Source: Phaeosaccion multiseriatum
Lineage: Eukaryota > Protista > Ochrophyta, other classes
Direction: 5' to 3'
NCBI GenBank assembly: GCA_965112735.1
Contig: OZ218956.1
Span: 682,001-746,000, forward strand
Length of the DNA stretch: 64,000 nt
Positions 59,742-64,000 of the stretch are shown here, piece after piece. The notes under the pieces were generated by a model. The model was not told the DNA's origin and searched no databases. It saw nothing but the letters and a program-made list of their open reading frames with translations. The position numbers and the translations under genes are program-made. Position 1 is the stretch's first letter. Every line of letters begins with the position of its first letter.

Positions 59742-60069
59742 CGTGCTCAGCGGTGAGCAGCACCCAGTAGCAGGAGGATGCACACACGAACGAACGAGAA
59801 GGAGGGAAAAAAAATGCAAATATGAATTTCAGGGGGGTCGGGGTCACACACACACACACACAGGATATACACTTACACAGGATCCACCAAGGATCAAGGA
59901 TTAGATCAAGATGATAGTCGGCTCCAGACTGGCCTAGAAGCCTATATACTCTAGGCCCTAGGCCGAGCGGCCTACGCCCGCTCTAGGCCTAGGCCGGCGG
60001 CCGTTGGCCGCTCTAGGCCGGCCATTTTTTCATTTTTTCTCCCTAGGCCGGCGGTTCTAGGCCTAGGCC

Positions 60070-60219
60070 TCGACCTATCTGATTAGTAATTACGGCCGGC
60101 GCAGCCGGCCTGATTACTGATTATGACCGGCGCCAGCCGGCCTGAGTACTGATTATGCGCCAGCCGGGGGCTGATTACTGATTACGGCCGGCGCACACCG
60201 TAATCTTGTCCAGGGTCGA
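60070..60219 (+). mobile_element. Family-A MITE-like unit, left copy
   Basis: Starts tcgacct (degenerate TIR) and ends atcttgtccagggtcga. 60133-60214 is 77/82 identical to 61522-61603. Confidence 0.7.
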
Positions 60220-61478
60220 GAGGGAGGGAGGGAGGGAGGGAGGGAGGGAGGGAGGGAGGGAGGGAGGGAGGGAGGGAGGGAGGGAGGGAGGGAGGGAGGG
60301 AGGGAGGGAGGGAGGGAGGGAGGGAGGGAGGGAGGGAGGGAGGGAGGGAGGGAGGGAGGGAGGGAGGGAGGGAGGGAGGGAGGGAGGGAGGGAGGGAGGG
60401 AGGGAGGGAGGGAGGGAGGGAGGGAGGGAGGGAGGGAGGGAGGGAGGGAGGGAGGGAGGGAGGGAGGGAGGGAGGGAGGGAGGGAGGGAGGGAGGGAGGG
60501 AGGGAGGGAGGGAGGGAGGGAGGGAGGGAGGGAGGGAGGGAGGGAGGGAGGGAGGGAGGGAGGGAGGGAGGGAGGGAGGGAGGGAGGGAGGGAGGGAGGG
60601 AGGGAGGGAGGGAGGGAGGGAGGGAGGGAGGGAGGGAGGGAGGGAGGGAGGGAGGGAGGGAGGGAGGGAGGGAGGGAGGGAGGGAGGGAGGGAGGGAGGG
60701 AGGGAGGGAGGGAGGGAGGGAGGGAGGGAGGGAGGGAGGGAGGGAGGGAGGGAGGGAGGGAGGGAGGGAGGGAGGGAGGGAGGGAGGGAGGGAGGGAGGG
60801 AGGGAGGGAGGGAGGGAGGGAGGGAGGGAGGGAGGGAGGGAGGGAGGGAGGGAGGGAGGGAGGGAGGGAGGGAGGGAGGGAGGGAGGGAGGGAGGGAGGG
60901 AGGGAGGGAGGGAGGGAGGGAGGGAGGGAGGGAGGGAGGGAGGGAGGGAGGGAGGGAGGGAGGGAGGGAGGGAGGGAGGGAGGGAGGGAGGGAGGGAGGG
61001 AGGGAGGGAGGGAGGGAGGGAGGGAGGGAGGGAGGGAGGGAGGGAGGGAGGGAGGGAGGGAGGGAGGGAGGGAGGGAGGGAGGGAGGGAGGGAGGGAGGG
61101 AGGGAGGGAGGGAGGGAGGGAGGGAGGGAGGGAGGGAGGGAGGGAGGGAGGGAGGGAGGGAGGGAGGGAGGGAGGGAGGGAGGGAGGGAGGGAGGGAGGG
61201 AGGGAGGGAGGGAGGGAGGGAGGGAGGGAGGGAGGGAGGGAGGGAGGGAGGGAGGGAGGGAGGGAGGGAGGGAGGGAGGGAGGGAGGGAGGGAGGGAGGG
61301 AGGGAGGGAGGGAGGGAGGGAGGGAGGGAGGGAGGGAGGGAGGGAGGGAGGGAGGGAGGGAGGGAGGGAGGGAGGGAAGGAGGGAGGGAGGGAGGGAGGG
61401 AGGGAGGGAGGGAGGGAGGGAGGGAGGGAGGGAGGGAGGGAGGGAGGGAGGGAGGGAGGGAGGGAGGGAGGGAGGGAG
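60220..61478 (+). repeat. (AGGG)n tract, ~1.26 kb, ~315 units, a single variant near 61378
   Basis: Direct reading. Confidence 0.97.
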
Positions 61479-61603
61479 TCGACCCTGGACAAGATCATCT
61501 GATTCTGATTACAGCCGGTGACCAGCCGGCCTGATAACTGATTTTGCGCCGGCCGGGGGCTGATTACTGGTTACGGCCGGCGCACACCGTAATCTTGTCC
61601 AGG
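61479..61603 (+). mobile_element. Family-A MITE-like unit, right copy
   Basis: Starts tcgaccctggacaagat (exact inverse of 60203-60219) and ends with truncated TIR atcttgtccagg. Confidence 0.7.
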
Positions 61604-62260
61604 CCTAGGCCGGGGGGGCTGCGCCAAAAATAGGCCTAGGCCGGGGACCTGCGGCCCCCTCTAGGCCTAGGCCGGGGGCCTGCGGCCCCCCTAGGCCGGC
61701 CGAATTTCGTCTCTAGGCCTAGGCTTCTAGGCCAGTCTGGAGCCGATGGTAGGATCAGGGGGGGGCCAAGGCCTTGGGGGGGGGATGCAGTCCTCCTCTT
61801 CTTCCAGTTTCCTTGTCCGACACCCTTGACCCCGGGGCAAGAGGAAGGTTGTGGTCATTGTGGTAGTCCCAGTATGAGGAGGAAAGGAGGGGGGGGGGGA
61901 GGAAGGCATAAAAAGAGTAAAGTTTCCCTTTTCCCTCCATACTTGGCTGCAGCGACTCCTCTTGCTAGTTCGTACAGCAGCAGTCCGCCACGACACCACC
62001 GACCACACTCGCTGCTCTACGCAGAGGGCTTCCTCTGTACCTTACTAGGCCGAAAGTAACGTCAAGAAACACGCGCGCGCCCACAAACCCGGGGGGAAAA
62101 AAAAACTAAATGACAAACGGCCAACGCGTGCTCAGCTTTCCGTCTTCTCTTGCGCGAGCGAGGACACTGGGCAGCCAGTGCTAGCGTGCTCCGGTTTGAC
62201 TAGCCTGGGTGGAGGGGAAGGAAGGCAGCTAAGCTGCTTTTCCCGGCTGGGAATTGGTGA

Positions 62261-64000
62261 ATGATGTCTTATGAGGGCCTGCCCACAGAGAAACAGGCCA
62301 TGGCAGCAGCAGCAGCCGTGGCCGCGGCAGCAGCAGCCTCAGCCTCAGCGCCCACGGGTGCTGCAAATGAATTTTCCAGATCGATCCATCTTCCGCCAGG
62401 CCACATGCTGGCCGCTGCTGATTCGGCCGAGTTTGAAGATGACGACGATGAAGACGACGACGAGGAGGACGGGAAGGATACCGAGGGCAAGGCGGGGGGC
62501 AAGGAGAAGAAGAAGCAAGTCAAGACTCGCTGGTCTCAGGGCGAAGAGGAGGTGCTAAAGAGGGGGGTGGAGCGGCACGGGCTGCAGCAGTGGAAGCTGG
62601 TGGCCAAGGACCTACCCGGCAAGACTGATATGCAATGTTTCCATCGTTGGCAGAAGAAGTACAACAATGGAAACAAGGGACCGTGGTCGGCGGAAGACGA
62701 CGAGAAGGTGGTGAGATTAGTGGGCGAGCTAGGAGCGAGAAAGTGGAGTCAGATTGCGTCGAACTTGCCAGGACGGACGGGCAAGCAGTGCAGAGAGAGG
62801 TGGCACAACCATTTAAATCCGCACATCACCAAGAGGGCGTGGACCTACGCTGAGGATCGCGCCATTCTCGAGTTGCACCAGTCGCGTGGCAATCGGTGGG
62901 CGGAGATTGCCAAGATGCTGCCGGGACGGACGGACAATGCCATCAAGAACCACTGGAACTCCAGCATGAAGCGCAAGGTAGGTCGGACCGGGGCAGAGCT
63001 CCGCTAGTCTCTTTGGCCTAACTCAGTGTTGTTGCTGCGTACACAGGCCGAGACAGTCCTACTCTCCACCACCTTGAACTGGGCGAGTCCAGAATGGGCT
63101 TCTTACGGCTTCAAGAACATCATTGACATGGCTGTGGCGGCGGTCAGGGGCACGATTACTGTGCACAACCCGAACGAGGCCCCGACTCGGAGAGGTGAGA
63201 CCCCCACGCCCCCCCTTCTCCCCCCCCGGCCTGTCTTATGTTTGTTGTGCCGTTTGTTCTACAGGCCGGCCCCCTCGCAAGCGTAGTCCCAGTGAGGAGC
63301 GCCGCTTCAACGAAAAGAAGGCGGAGAAGGCAGAGAAGGCGCGCCTGAAGAGCGAGAAGGAGGGCAAGGCGGACAAGAGCAAGAGGGGCAGGGCGGCAGC
63401 CCCTCCACTCGCTGCCTTGGAGAGCACCAGAAGCAGGTCGTCGGTATTCACACATTCCGCCAAGGAGAATATCCAGCCTGCTGCACGCGCGGCACTGGGG
63501 TCCTTGTCCTCCACCGGGCCCCCCGCCGGTCCAAAGCAGTACGCAGAGGAGGGCGACACACACCAACCCAGTGCGATAACGCAAGGCGGGTCGGTGGAAG
63601 ACGAAGCGGCTCGACTGTTGCACCTACGCCTCCCCGCGCCGCATTTGGAGCGTGACCAACTGCAGCAGCAGCACAATTACTTTGACGTGCAACAGCAGAT
63701 GCAGATGCAGCAGCACCAGGATAAAATGGACCACCTGCAGCAGCAGCAGCTGCCTCGGCACCAGACGGCCCACCAGCGACAAGTGACGCAGCACCAACAT
63801 CAAGAGTATTGCCGCCTGGAGATGCAGCAGCAAATGGATCAACAGCAACAACAGCACGGTTTGGGGGGGCTTCCCCCAAAGCAAGCACAACGACTCTTTC
63901 CGAATGTGACACAGCAGGAACAAGACTACCAGTATCATCAGGGGCCGCACGACGCTTTCTGCGAGGACTTGGACTCTACTCAGGAGGTGATGATGGCCCA
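62261..64000 (+). CDS. Three-repeat MYB (R1R2R3) transcription factor, 3' end beyond window
   Basis: R1 RWSQGEE...[12 protein letters not shown]; R2 KGPWSAEDD...[17 protein letters not shown]; R3 AWTYAED...[24 protein letters not shown]; then spliced exons and a Q-rich region. Confidence 0.95.

Larger units (their letters stand above)
59918..61746. mobile_element. Non-autonomous composite TIR element (family B), 1829 bp, perfect 27-bp TIRs
   Basis: tcggctccagactggcctagaagccta (59918-59944) is the exact reverse complement of 61720-61746. CCTAGG/GGCC-rich subtermini. Flanks tgatag / tggtag. Confidence 0.85.

Noticed and set aside
60220-61478. Telomere or interstitial telomeric repeat
   Set aside because: Unit lacks the T-containing TTAGGG-type motif, is internal, and is bounded by TIR-bearing units.
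60182-61534. 438/442-aa ORFs (PPSL)n and (EGGR)n
   Set aside because: Pure translation of the (AGGG)n tract, which lacks stops in every frame; no evidence of coding.
62110-62130. MSA-like AACGG site upstream of the 3R-MYB (autoregulation)
   Set aside because: A single 5-mer match is expected by chance.
1-64000. tRNA, rRNA, snRNA, U12 introns, selenocysteine or recoding signals, autonomous transposase
   Set aside because: None recognised by eye. All reconstructed genes are explained by standard code and splicing. tRNAscan/Infernal were not run.

Overview
Gene-dense, GC-rich eukaryotic nuclear DNA with many short GT-AG introns. Several proteins carry bipartite signal peptide + 'AF/GF' plastid presequences, which points to a photosynthetic stramenopile (ochrophyte alga); this is an inference. 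I reconstruct 24 protein-coding genes: RABL6, a Tas-like aldo/keto reductase, APC13 (missed by the ORF track), NADAR, an alpha/beta hydrolase, DNAJC11, two small plastid-targeted unknowns, a Zn2Cys6 (+PAS-like) transcription factor, a PSP1-domain protein, UBA1, a VGT-like sugar porter, a GT2, an RS-rich/LOTUS(OST-HTH)/DNPH1-like fusion, an NDT/SLC25A32-type carrier, SPF27, a moonraker-like protein, PPP1R42, a GH30 with a ricin-like insert, a coiled-coil protein, a soluble adenylyl cyclase (ADCY10-like), LSM6, PEPC and a 3R-MYB that runs off the window. There are three main highlights. (1) Strands alternate almost perfectly (22 switches in 23 adjacent pairs; 11 head-to-head pairs). (2) Two co-occurring families of non-autonomous TIR elements with TCG...CGA termini are present; one locus is a nested 1.83 kb structure wrapping a ~1.26 kb (AGGG)n tract. 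(3) A LOTUS/OST-HTH domain is fused to a catalytically altered DNPH1-like domain. All family assignments come from motif recognition by eye, not database searches.
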